From contig CAYJRR010000001.1 of NCBI GenBank assembly GCA_964372275.1, forward strand, positions 68,962 to 109,230: a stretch of DNA of 40,269 nucleotides. Reading direction: 5' to 3'. Of the stretch, positions 7,568 to 16,329 are shown one piece after another. Source of the stretch: an uncultured bacterium. Its GTDB lineage: Bacteria > CAYJRR01. The notes under the pieces are model-generated. The model made no database searches. It was given only the letters and a program-made list of their open reading frames with translations, and was not told where the DNA came from. Every line of letters starts with the position of its first letter. Within the stretch, counting starts at the first letter, position 1. The position numbers and the translations under genes are program-made.

Positions 7568-9349
7568 TCAGAGGCTCCAGCCGACGACGAGGGAGATCGC
7601 CCCGGTCCGCTCGCCGACCGAGGCGTCGGTGAACGGGGGATCGGACGGCATGCGGCTGCTGCCCCGGAACCGGGCTCCCGATCGCGCGGCGTCCGCTTGC
7701 AGGACGATCCGGAGGCGTCCGCGGTGAAACGTCTCGACGGCGATTCGGCCGGCGAGGCCCACCACCGTGGCCGGCGATTCTCCACTCGCCCCGTCGTGGT
7801 CCTCGCGCCAGTCACTCCACGGCTCGACCGAAAAGGCGGCGACGAGCGCCGTCGCCAATGGGCCGATCCGGAACGGAAGGCGACCTTCGGCGCGCAGCTC
7901 CAGGAGCGCGCGCCGGTAGCTCGCCGCGATCCCCGAATCTCCGCCGTCGTAGGCGCGAACCGGACCCCACCGCCGTCGATCGATCCCGAGCCCGATCGCG
8001 CCCCGAACCGACGGACCGTCCTCCCCCTTCGTCCCTCGCCACGTGGAGCCGACGCGGAGTCTCGTCGACCATGCCTGCGCGCCGGTCACCGCGCGTCGGG
8101 CGTTGTCGGGCAGGAGGACCTGGACGTCGTTCCAGCCCAGGCTCGCCCACCACGCGTCGAGCTCGGCGTCGTGCCCGGACCGGCGCACCCGCGCGGCGAA
8201 CGTCGACCCCGCGCCGGCGAACGGAAGCTCGATCGGTTCGTTCCCTTTCCATCGATCGGTCCGGGTGAGCGACACGGCCGACGGGCCGGCTCGCGCCTCG
8301 GCCGACCACAAGGCGCGGCGCGCGCGGCGCGTCTTCGCCGATTCGACCGAGGGGGCGATCTTCGCGAGCGCGACACGCGCCCACGCCGCAATCTCCGAGG
8401 CGGCGCGGGGACCCCGCACCGTGTCGCTCGCGACCGGCGGCACCGCCTCCGCGAGCGGAAGGACGACCGCGCGGGTGTTTCCGTCGCGGGAGGAGGTGAC
8501 GAGCAGGAGGTCGAGGCCGGTCTGGGCGTGGATCGTCGCCAGCGCCGACCCGGATTCGCCGAGGCTCGTCCCCAACCACGCCGCCTGGTCGAGGGCGGAC
8601 GCGAGTGCGTCCGGCAGCGCGAGTGGCAACGAGACGGTCACGGTGACGTCGGCGAGCGCGTCGACGGTCCGGACGATCTCGCGCCGCCCGGGCGCCGAGA
8701 CGGCGAAGGCATGCCGGCCGGCGGGGATCTTGGCGGGGAGAGACGCATCCCGCCCGTCGATCCGGACTCGCGCCCGCTCCGGGAGGCCGTTCGCGTCGAG
8801 CTCGATCCACCGAATGCGCGGTCGGACCCGTTCGACCGTTTCCCGCACGGAGGGGGGGAACTCGGCGAGGTCGACCTGCAGGTCGGGCAGGAGCGTGAGC
8901 GCCGCGAGCGCCTCTTCCTCCGCCTGCGCGTCGTCCTTCAAGGCCTGGTACACCGCGAGGCGCCAGAGCGCGAGCCGCACCTTCTCGGCGACCGTCGCCT
9001 CCCCGCCGACGCGCTCCAGCAGCGCCCGCCACGCCGCGAGCCGCTCCAACGCAATGCCGATCTTTCCTTCGAGGTAGGCGGTGGTCGCGGTCTCGAGCAG
9101 GCTGGCCTGCTCCGTCCTCCAGGCCGCGTCGACCTTCTCGGCGACGGGCTCCGCGGCCGGGCGCGCGAGGGGAATGAGCGCCGAGTGCGGCTCGATCCGT
9201 ACGCCCGGCACGTCGAGCGACTCGAGGGCGAGGCCGAGCTGCACATCGCCGGCCGTTCCGGCGTCGGGGCCGACGCACAGCACACCGGCGCGCGCCGGCC
9301 CGATCGGCGCGGCGGCGAGTACCGATGCGAGCAGTCCGATCGCGATCAC
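7568..9349 (-). CDS. Exported protein: helical (TPR-like) region, PEGA-like domain, C-terminal beta-strand-rich (barrel-like) region
   Basis: Signal peptide; AEEEALAALTLLPDLQVDLAEFPPSV helical motif; ARVRIDG...IPAGRHAFAVSAPGRR PEGA pattern; C-terminus GAISLVVGWSL. Confidence 0.65.
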   Translation of the reverse strand: MIAIGLLASVLAAAPIGPARAGVLCVGPDAGTAGDVQLGLALESLDVPGVRIEPHSALIPLARPAAEPVAEKVDAAWRTEQASLLETATTAYLEGKIGIALERLAAWRALLERVGGEATVAEKVRLALWRLAVYQALKDDAQAEEEALAALTLLPDLQVDLAEFPPSVRETVERVRPRIRWIELDANGLPERARVRIDGRDASLPAKIPAGRHAFAVSAPGRREIVRTVDALADVTVTVSLPLALPDALASALDQAAWLGTSLGESGSALATIHAQTGLDLLLVTSSRDGNTRAVVLPLAEAVPPVASDTVRGPRAASEIAAWARVALAKIAPSVESAKTRRARRALWSAEARAGPSAVSLTRTDRWKGNEPIELPFAGAGSTFAARVRRSGHDAELDAWWASLGWNDVQVLLPDNARRAVTGAQAWSTRLRVGSTWRGTKGEDGPSVRGAIGLGIDRRRWGPVRAYDGGDSGIAASYRRALLELRAEGRLPFRIGPLATALVAAFSVEPWSDWREDHDGASGESPATVVGLAGRIAVETFHRGRLRIVLQADAARSGARFRGSSRMPSDPPFTDASVGERTGAISLVVGWSL

Positions 9350-9362
9350 GGCCCGCCCTCCC

Positions 9363-11642
9363 TCATGGAAGGGCCTCGATGCGGCGGATGCGGTTGCCCT
9401 GATCGGTGACGTAGATCTCGCCGTCCGGGCCGACGGCGATGCCGGTCGGGTAGCCGAGCTGCGCCTCGAGCGCAGGCCCTCCGTCCCCCCAGAATCCGGT
9501 GACCTCCCCGCCGGCGACGCGCTCCACCACCGCCCCCGGCTCGAGCCTCACGCGCCGGACCAGCGACGCCCCTTCGACCCAGTAGAGATGGTCGCGGTGG
9601 ACGGCGAGCCCGCGCGGCTCGTCCAGCGTCGCCTCCAGCGCCGGAAGCCCGTCGCCGCCGGAGGGGAGATCGACGCCGCTGCCGACCGCCGCCGCGATCG
9701 TGCCGTCGACCAGGTCGATCGCGCGGATCCGGTCGTTGTAGGTGTCGGAGACGAAGAGATGCCGGCCGTCGGTCGCCATCCCGACGCGCGGGCCGCCCAT
9801 GGCGAAGACGGCCTCGAGCGCCGGGCCGTCGTCCCCCTCATCGCCGTACTGCAGCGGGTCCCCCGCGATCCGCTCGATCACCCCCGGCTCGATCGTCACC
9901 CCGGCGACGACCGCGGTGGAATCGGTGCGATTGATGGCGCGGACCGTCCCGTCGTCGGCGACGAACAGGATCCCGTCGTCGGCGAAGATCCCCTCCAGGA
10001 GGCTGAACGACGTGTTCGGCGCCGGCACGCCGTCGCCGCCGTTCCCGTTTCCCGCGATGGTGGAGATCGTGCCGCCGGGATCGATGCGGCGGACCAGCCC
10101 CCAGTAGGGATCCATCAGGAGGATCGATCCGTCCTCCTCCGCCGCGACGGCGGTGGCGAACACTTCGGCGTCGAGCGCCAGGCCGCCGTCGCCGTCGGCG
10201 AACGGAGATTCGCCGCGACCGGCCAACCGCTCGATCGCGCCGTTCCGGGGGTCGACCGCGTAGAGAAAGCCGGTCCAGGGCGCCACGACCAGTTCCCCGC
10301 GCGGCGAGAAGAGGACGTCCGACGGTGCCGCCAGGAACCCGTCGAGCGCCTGGGCGCCGGCGAACCCGGCCCACACCGCCATCCCGCCGTCCCCGTCCAA
10401 TCGACGGAGGACGTTGTTCGGCGCGTCCGCGACGTACACGCGTCCGTTCTCGAAGGCGATCGCGGCGGTCGAGGCACCGAAGGCCTGGTCGGTGCCCGCG
10501 TCGCCATCGCCGAAGATCGTGTCGGGTGCGCCATCCCCCGCAACGGTGTCGATCTCGCCCGGTTCGAGGACGGCATCGCCGAACTGGATCACGCCGGACG
10601 TCGCCAGGCTCACCGCGCGGATCCGGTAGCGGGCATAGACGAACAGCAGCCGCTCGGACTCGTCGACCGCCAGTCCCGACGGATCCCGGACCGCCGCGTC
10701 GATCGCGAGCCCGCCGTCTCCGACCCCGGTCCCGCCGTCCCCCGCGATCACCGTGACGATCCCCCCGGCGTCGACGCGCCGCACGCGTTCGTTCCCGGTG
10801 TCGGCGATCACCAGCGATCCATCGGAGAGGGGGAGCGCCGCGAGCGGCTCGTACAGCTTCGAGGTCGTCGCCGGGACACCGCTCGCTCCGTCCCCCGCGA
10901 CCCCCGTCCCGGCGACGATCGAGACGCGGTTCGGCGGGACCGAGACGCCGGCGACCGTCTCGGGCGTGCTGCCGGAGCGGTTCAGCGCCCGCACGACGTG
11001 ATTGCCGGGATCGGCGACGATCAGCACCGAGTCCGGACCGCACGTGAGTTGCACGCCGTCGAGGAACCGGAACCGCGCCTCGTCGGGCGGGGCGTCGTCG
11101 ACGGCGTTCCCTTCGTCGACGTTTCCCGCGACGGCGACCACCTCGCCGGCGCCCGGGTCGAGTCCGAAGATCCGCCCATCGAGCGCGGAGATCCAGTAGA
11201 GCCAGTCGTCCGCGCAGTACGCGACCGCGATCGGCTCGCGAAGATCGGTCTCGAGCGGATCTCCGCCCGGCACCGCCGCGCCGAGGGCCGCCCGACCGGT
11301 TCCGACGACCGTTTCGACCGTCCCCTCCGATTCGAGCGCCGGGCCGGGCAGGTATCGGCGGATTCGGTGATGGTAGCGGTCGGCGATGAACAGCTCGCGT
11401 CCGGGCGGGTCGTCGGCCGCGATCCCGGCCGGCCGCTTGATCGGCCCTCCGTAGAAGGCGATCGCGGTGGGACGATGGAAGCTCGCCTGGAGCGGCCCCC
11501 CTCCATCGCCGACCCCCTGGAAGCCGAGCGAGCAGATCGCCCCCGGCACGTCGCAGCCCTCCGGAAGCGGGGTGCGCAGATCGATCGTCACGTCCCGGCA
11601 GCCGGCCGCCGCCGCGATCAGGGCGAGAGGTGCCCACCGCAC
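9363..11642 (-). CDS. NHL-repeat (teneurin-like beta-propeller) lipoprotein (~759 aa)
   Basis: GTG 11642, VRWAPLALIAAAAG-C lipobox; many repeats of the type AGxG...GDGGPAxxAxLxxPxGIAV...YVAD...IRRI; TATACT 7 nt before the start. Confidence 0.85.
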   Translation of the reverse strand: MRWAPLALIAAAAGCRDVTIDLRTPLPEGCDVPGAICSLGFQGVGDGGGPLQASFHRPTAIAFYGGPIKRPAGIAADDPPGRELFIADRYHHRIRRYLPGPALESEGTVETVVGTGRAALGAAVPGGDPLETDLREPIAVAYCADDWLYWISALDGRIFGLDPGAGEVVAVAGNVDEGNAVDDAPPDEARFRFLDGVQLTCGPDSVLIVADPGNHVVRALNRSGSTPETVAGVSVPPNRVSIVAGTGVAGDGASGVPATTSKLYEPLAALPLSDGSLVIADTGNERVRRVDAGGIVTVIAGDGGTGVGDGGLAIDAAVRDPSGLAVDESERLLFVYARYRIRAVSLATSGVIQFGDAVLEPGEIDTVAGDGAPDTIFGDGDAGTDQAFGASTAAIAFENGRVYVADAPNNVLRRLDGDGGMAVWAGFAGAQALDGFLAAPSDVLFSPRGELVVAPWTGFLYAVDPRNGAIERLAGRGESPFADGDGGLALDAEVFATAVAAEEDGSILLMDPYWGLVRRIDPGGTISTIAGNGNGGDGVPAPNTSFSLLEGIFADDGILFVADDGTVRAINRTDSTAVVAGVTIEPGVIERIAGDPLQYGDEGDDGPALEAVFAMGGPRVGMATDGRHLFVSDTYNDRIRAIDLVDGTIAAAVGSGVDLPSGGDGLPALEATLDEPRGLAVHRDHLYWVEGASLVRRVRLEPGAVVERVAGGEVTGFWGDGGPALEAQLGYPTGIAVGPDGEIYVTDQGNRIRRIEALP

Positions 11643-11649
11643 GGTCCCG

Positions 11650-11655
11650 AGTATA
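11650..11655 (-). promoter_or_regulatory. Putative -10 box TATACT (leaderless start of the NHL lipoprotein gene)
   Basis: agtata on the plus strand, 7 nt before GTG 11642; no SD. Confidence 0.55.
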
Positions 11656-11701
11656 CGCCCGAGCGGTTCGCCTTTCGGCCTTCTGCGCGGACGCGCCCGG
11701 C

Positions 11702-12871
11702 CTACCCGCGGAGGCGGCGGATCTCGGCCAGGATCGCGTCGCACTCGTCGTCGCTGTTGTAGAAATGCGGGGAGATGCGGATCCCCCCTTTGAGCGGGGT
11801 GCCGAGCACCGACAACGAAGGCTTCCGGTGATCGATGAAGAAGCCGCGGCGGATCAGCTCCGCCGACGCCGCTTCGCTTCCGGGAAAGTCGACCACCACC
11901 GTCCCGCCGCGCGCCTTCGGGTCGGCGGGGGTGTTCACCTCGAGGCCGAGCGCGAGCGCCCCCTGCCGAAGACGCTCGGTCTGCCGCATCGACTTCTCGC
12001 GGATGCGCGCCACCCCCACCTCGGCGATCACCTTGTAGCCGGAGCGCGCGGCGTAGAGCGACGGCACGCCGGGCGACCCCCCCATGAACCGGTGGACGTC
12101 GTCCGCGTAGCGGATCCGCTCCATGGCGAAGGCGAACGGCTCGGCGTGGCTGAACCAGCCGCAGTTCGTCGGCTCGAGGCGGGCGGTTCGCCGCGGGTTG
12201 GCGTAGAGGTACGCCGCCCCGGCACCGCCGCAGAGCCACTTCACCGAGCCCCCGACGACGAAGTCGACGTCGAGCGCCTGCACGTCGAGCGGCACGCAGC
12301 CGACCGCCTGGTAGGCGTCGAGGATCACCACCGCCCCGACGCGGTGCGCCTTCTCCACGATGGCGGCGACGTCCTGGATCGCGGAGCTGCGGAACAGCAC
12401 GTGCGAGACCGGAACGGCGACGGTCCGCTCGTCGATCGACGCGAGCAACCTCTCCAGCGGCACGCCGATCCCGTCGTCGCTCTTGACCAGCTCCACCTTC
12501 GCGCCGCGTCGCTCCATCTCCTTCCAGACGTAGTGCACCGACGGAAAGTTGAGCTCGTCGTAGACCACCTTGTTGCGCGTCCCCGAGAAGTCGAAGGAGG
12601 AGGCGAGGATCGCCGAAAGGGTGGAGACGTTCTGGTGCATCAGCACCGTCCCGGAAGGCGCGTTCAGGATCCGGCCGATGAGGTCGCCGGTGGCGGTCAC
12701 CATCGGCATCCACTCGTGCCACGCCTCCACCCCGTCGCGCGCCCAGGTGTCGGCGTACTCCTTGAGCGACGCGTAGACCGCGCGCGGCATGGCGCCGAGC
12801 GAGTTGTTGATGAGGTAGGTCTTGGAGGCGAGGATCGGAAACTCCTCGCGCCAACGCAAAAGCTCGTCCAT
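11702..12871 (-). CDS. kynU: PLP-dependent class V aminotransferase-fold enzyme, kynureninase-like (389 aa)
   Basis: ATG 12871 overlaps the TDO stop (TGATG); YLINNSLGAMP, LNFPSVHY, LDAYQ, GGSVKWLCGGAG (PLP Lys), GWF, IRISPHFYN; adjacent to a TDO-family gene. Confidence 0.7.
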   Translation of the reverse strand: MDELLRWREEFPILASKTYLINNSLGAMPRAVYASLKEYADTWARDGVEAWHEWMPMVTATGDLIGRILNAPSGTVLMHQNVSTLSAILASSFDFSGTRNKVVYDELNFPSVHYVWKEMERRGAKVELVKSDDGIGVPLERLLASIDERTVAVPVSHVLFRSSAIQDVAAIVEKAHRVGAVVILDAYQAVGCVPLDVQALDVDFVVGGSVKWLCGGAGAAYLYANPRRTARLEPTNCGWFSHAEPFAFAMERIRYADDVHRFMGGSPGVPSLYAARSGYKVIAEVGVARIREKSMRQTERLRQGALALGLEVNTPADPKARGGTVVVDFPGSEAASAELIRRGFFIDHRKPSLSVLGTPLKGGIRISPHFYNSDDECDAILAEIRRLRG

Positions 12872-13548
12872 CAGTAGGTCGGCCGGTACTCGTCGGTGAG
12901 CCGCGGGATCAGCTCCCACAGCTCGGGGAAGAGATGTTCGCGCGTCCCCTGCTCCAGCGCCGTCGCCGGGACCCCTTTGAGGCTCTTCACCCGCATGCCG
13001 ATCACCCGCGCGACCAGCCGCAGATGGGTGTAGCGCCATTTCACGAACAGCTCGTCGTAGTCCATCATCCCCTGGATCAGGCGGTGCAGCTCCAGGTGCC
13101 GGTGCGGCTTGCGCTGCACGTCCATCGGGTCGATGCCGCGGCGCTCGAACAGGCCGGTGAACGACCGCCAAAGGTCGGGCGGAACCTCGAGCAGACGGTT
13201 GAAGCCGGGCGACTCCTGCCCGCTCCCCTTCCCGAGACTGTTGATGCGGATGACGTGGTAGTCGGCCGGGGCCATCGTCTCGGTGATCTCGATCTGCTGA
13301 ATGAGAAGCTTCCAGACGAGCGCCACCCGGTGGAACAGGTTCGAGGCCTCGGCAGGCTCGTCCCGGTCCAGGAAGCGGCAGATCCGTCCCACTTCGAACA
13401 GGATCTGCTTCATCCAAAGCTCGGCCGACTGGTGCATCACCTGGAACAGCGGCTCCTCCTCGTTGGCGCAGGCGGAGACCGGCTTCTGGAGGGAGAGGAG
13501 CTCCTCGGTGCGGAGGTACTTCTCGTAGTCGGTGAGGGGGCGCGACAT
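12871..13548 (-). CDS. kynA: Tryptophan 2,3-dioxygenase family heme protein (225 aa), atypical
   Basis: DYEKYLRTEELLSLQ, LFQVMHQSAELWMKQ, GSGQESPGF, WRYTHLRLVARVIG (heme His), LFPELW. Confidence 0.8.
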   Translation of the reverse strand: MSRPLTDYEKYLRTEELLSLQKPVSACANEEEPLFQVMHQSAELWMKQILFEVGRICRFLDRDEPAEASNLFHRVALVWKLLIQQIEITETMAPADYHVIRINSLGKGSGQESPGFNRLLEVPPDLWRSFTGLFERRGIDPMDVQRKPHRHLELHRLIQGMMDYDELFVKWRYTHLRLVARVIGMRVKSLKGVPATALEQGTREHLFPELWELIPRLTDEYRPTY

Positions 13549-13556
13549 GGAGGGCG

Positions 13557-13565
13557 ACGCTAGCA
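13557..13565 (-). promoter_or_regulatory. Putative extended -10 element (TGcTAGCGT) of the TDO-kynureninase operon
   Basis: TAGCGT 8 nt before ATG 13548; no SD. Confidence 0.45.
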
Positions 13566-13612
13566 TGCGCCGTCCGAACGCTGCCAAGGGGCTTGCGGAT
13601 CCGCGGGGAAGT

Positions 13613-13704
13613 CCGATCCGAACCGAACCGATCCGTATCGGAACCGGTATCGGAAACCGACCCGGATCCGATACGGATACCGATTCGGATCGGTTTCGGA
13701 TCGG
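13613..13704. repeat. Imperfect inverted repeat made of CCGA/TCGG short tandem units
   Basis: 13626-13654 pairs with 13667-13695 at 25/29 positions; outer ccgatccgaa (13613-13622) pairs with ttcggatcgg (13695-13704). Confidence 0.85.
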
Positions 13705-13726
13705 TTGGGGTCGTTCCGGGGGTTCC

Positions 13727-13754
13727 TTGACTTTCCACCCTCCTCCGCTAGAGT
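13727..13754 (+). promoter_or_regulatory. Putative sigma70 promoter of the yceD-rpmF-plsX-fab operon
   Basis: TTGACT-N16-TAGAGT ending 11 nt before ATG 13766. Confidence 0.6.
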
Positions 13755-13765
13755 GCCGTTTTTTC

Positions 13766-14320
13766 ATGAAGGTCCGTGTCTTCGACATTCCGCCCAAGAA
13801 GGGGCTCGATCTGACGTTCGCGGGCGGGGAGCCGTTCCTGCGGGAGATCGTCCGCCAGCTGACGGCGGGGGATCCTCCGTCCGGCTTGGCGCGCGCCCCC
13901 GAGATCGGCGCGGCGGTCCGGCTCGAGCGGGAGGGGAAGCGGGTCGAACTGCGCGGCCGGGCGCACGTCCGCTACGAGCCCCCCTGCGCGCGCTGCCTGA
14001 AGCCGGTCCCGACCGAGCTCGACGCGGCGGTCGAGGCGAGCTACCTGCCGGAACCGGCGACCGCCGCGCCGACGACGGCCGAGCGGGAGATCGCCGCCGA
14101 CGAGCTGGACGAATTCCACTACAAGGACGACGTGATCGACGTGGCGCAGGCGATCGCCGACCCGCTCTACCTGGAGCGTCCGTCGCGCGTGCTGTGCGCG
14201 GAGGACTGCAAGGGCCTCTGTCCGTCCTGCGGCGCCGACCTGAATCAAAGTCCGTGCGCGTGCAAGCCGGTCCCCGGCCGGCTCGCCCTCGCCGGTCTCG
14301 CCAGCGTGAAGCTCAAGTAG
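13766..14320 (+). CDS. yceD: DUF177/YceD family protein
   Basis: CARCL and VLCAEDCKGLCPSCGADLNQSPCAC motifs; immediately upstream of rpmF. Confidence 0.92.
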   Translation: MKVRVFDIPPKKGLDLTFAGGEPFLREIVRQLTAGDPPSGLARAPEIGAAVRLEREGKRVELRGRAHVRYEPPCARCLKPVPTELDAAVEASYLPEPATAAPTTAEREIAADELDEFHYKDDVIDVAQAIADPLYLERPSRVLCAEDCKGLCPSCGADLNQSPCACKPVPGRLALAGLASVKLK

Positions 14321-14333
14321 AAGGAAGACGACG

Positions 14334-14516
14334 ATGGGAAATCCGAAGCGACGTCACTCCAAGACCCGTGGGATGAAGCGCCGCACCCATTACAAGATGG
14401 AGACGCCCAACGCCTCCTCCTGTCCGCAGTGCGGCAGTCCGCGCCTTCCGCACCGCATCTGCGCGAACTGCGGCACCTACAAGGGCCGCGAGGTCGTCGT
14501 CCGAGACGAGGCCTAG
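14334..14516 (+). CDS. rpmF: 50S ribosomal protein L32 (four-Cys form)
   Basis: MGNPKRRHSKTRGMKRRTH...CPQCGSPRLPHRICANCGTYKGREV. Confidence 0.97.
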   Translation: MGNPKRRHSKTRGMKRRTHYKMETPNASSCPQCGSPRLPHRICANCGTYKGREVVVRDEA

Positions 14517-14530
14517 GACCTTCGCCGCGC

Positions 14531-15568
14531 GTGCCGCCGAGGATCGCACTCGACGCCCACGGGACCGACCGCGCGCCGGCGCCCGAGATCGAAGGCAGCC
14601 TGCAGGCGGTCGAGGAGACCGGCATGGAGGTGGCGCTGGTCGGCGACCGCGGACGCCTCGAACGGGAGCACGCCCGGATGCGCCCCCGGAGGCCTGCGGG
14701 TCTGACGCTGGTTCACGCGCCCGAGGTGATCGCGATGGACGACGAACCGTCGCGCGCCGTCCGCCGGAAGCGGAACGCCTCGATGGTGAAGGCGTTCGAC
14801 CTGGTGAAAGAGGGGGCGGCGGACGCGGTGGTCACCGCCGGAAACTCCGGGGCGGCGATGGTGCTGGGGCTCCTGGTCGTCGGACGCCTGCCGGGCGTGG
14901 CGCGTCCCGCGATCGTCAACGCGCTCCCCAACCTCGCCGGCGGCACGACGATCCTCCTCGACGGCGGCGCCAACGTCGACTGCCGCCCCGAGTGGCTGGC
15001 GCAGTTCGGCGTGATGGGCTCGGTCTACGCGCGGGCCGTGCTCGGGATCGAGGACCCTCGGGTGGGTCTGCTCGCCAACGGGACCGAAGACGGCAAGGGG
15101 AACGAGACGGTGAAGGCGGCGCACACCGCGCTCAAGTCGACGGCCCCCTTCCGTTACGTCGGTCTGATCGAGCCGCACGAGCTGTTCCGCGGAGGGATCG
15201 ACGTGGCCGTCGCCGACGGGTTCGCCGGCAACCTGATCCTGAAGACGATCGAGGCGGTGTCGGAGACGGTCTTCGCGATGCTGAAGAGCGAGATCGTCTC
15301 GCGGCCCCTGGCCACCCTCGGGGCGTGGCTCGCCGCCCCCGCCTTCCGGGCGGTGCGGGCCAAGGCCGACTACGACGAGTACGGCGCCGCCCCGCTGCTC
15401 GGGATCGCAGGCAGCGGATTGATCGCGCACGGGCGCAGCTCGGCGAAGGCGATCAAGAACGCGCTCCTCGCCGCCCGGAGAATGGTGGAGTCGGGTGCAA
15501 ACGCGCAGATGATCACGCAGCTGGGACGGTTCGACGGTGGGACGTTGAAGGCGGAAAGCGGGGACTGA
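14531..15568 (+). CDS. plsX: Phosphate acyltransferase PlsX
   Basis: RIALDAHGTD, VTAGNSGA, LDGGANVDCRPEWL, DGFAGNLILKTIE, YGAAPLLG, HGRSSAKAIKNA; follows rpmF. Confidence 0.93.
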   Translation: MPPRIALDAHGTDRAPAPEIEGSLQAVEETGMEVALVGDRGRLEREHARMRPRRPAGLTLVHAPEVIAMDDEPSRAVRRKRNASMVKAFDLVKEGAADAVVTAGNSGAAMVLGLLVVGRLPGVARPAIVNALPNLAGGTTILLDGGANVDCRPEWLAQFGVMGSVYARAVLGIEDPRVGLLANGTEDGKGNETVKAAHTALKSTAPFRYVGLIEPHELFRGGIDVAVADGFAGNLILKTIEAVSETVFAMLKSEIVSRPLATLGAWLAAPAFRAVRAKADYDEYGAAPLLGIAGSGLIAHGRSSAKAIKNALLAARRMVESGANAQMITQLGRFDGGTLKAESGD

Positions 15569-15569
15569 C

Positions 15570-16322
15570 ATGGGATTGGAAGGACGGGTCGCAGTCGTGA
15601 CGGGCGGCGGGCGCGGGATCGGGCGCGCGATCTCCAAGCGCCTGGCGGCCGACGGGGCGTCGGTGGTGGTCGTCTACGGCGGGAACGAGAAGGCGGCCGC
15701 CGAGACGGTCGGCGAGATCGAATCGGCGGGAGGAAAGGCGCGCGCGGAACGGATCGACATCGCAGACGCGTCCGCCGCCTCCGACGGAATCGCGCGGATC
15801 GCCGAAGCCCAGGGCGGACGCCTCGACATCCTGGTGAACAACGCCGGGATCTCGAAGGACAACCTGATCCTGCGCGCCAAGGTCGAGGAGTGGGACCAGG
15901 TGATCGACACCAACCTGCGCGGAACGTGGGCCTGCTCCAAGGCGGCGGTCAAGGTGATGCTCAAGTCGAAGACGGCGGGGGGCCGCATCGTCAACATCTC
16001 GTCGGTCGTCGGCGAGGCGGGCAACGCCGGGCAGACGACCTACGCCGCCAGCAAGGCGGGGATCCTGGGGCTGACCCGCGCGCTGGCGCTGGAAGTGGCG
16101 AGCCGGGGGATCACCGTCAACGCCGTCGCGCCGGGGTTTATCGCCACGGAGATGACCGACAGCCTGCCCGAGAAGGTCCGGGCCGACCTCGCGACCCGGA
16201 TCCCGCTCGGACGCATCGGCAGCGCCGACGACGTGGCGGCGGCGGTCTCCTACCTCTGTTCGGACGGGGCCGCCTACGTGACGGGCCAGGTGCTGCGCGT
16301 CAACGGAGGGATGTACGTCTAG
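15570..16322 (+). CDS. fabG: 3-oxoacyl-ACP reductase
   Basis: TGGGRGIG, NNAG, YAASK, GQVLRVNGGM; upstream of acpP. Confidence 0.95.
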   Translation: MGLEGRVAVVTGGGRGIGRAISKRLAADGASVVVVYGGNEKAAAETVGEIESAGGKARAERIDIADASAASDGIARIAEAQGGRLDILVNNAGISKDNLILRAKVEEWDQVIDTNLRGTWACSKAAVKVMLKSKTAGGRIVNISSVVGEAGNAGQTTYAASKAGILGLTRALALEVASRGITVNAVAPGFIATEMTDSLPEKVRADLATRIPLGRIGSADDVAAAVSYLCSDGAAYVTGQVLRVNGGMYV

Positions 16323-16329
16323 CGGAACG

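Noticed and set aside
13613-13704. CRISPR array or tRNA interpretation of the intergenic repeats (also 18467-18580 and 31146-31307)
   Set aside because: Units are 5-7 bp with no unique spacers, no cas genes are present, and no cloverleaf or T-loop consensus is visible
9363-13738. Long fusion-like ORFs 9363-12854 (1163 aa) and 11702-13738 (678 aa)
   Set aside because: The N-terminal extensions are Arg/Gly-rich alternative frames over the kynureninase and TDO genes; real starts are 11642 and 12871
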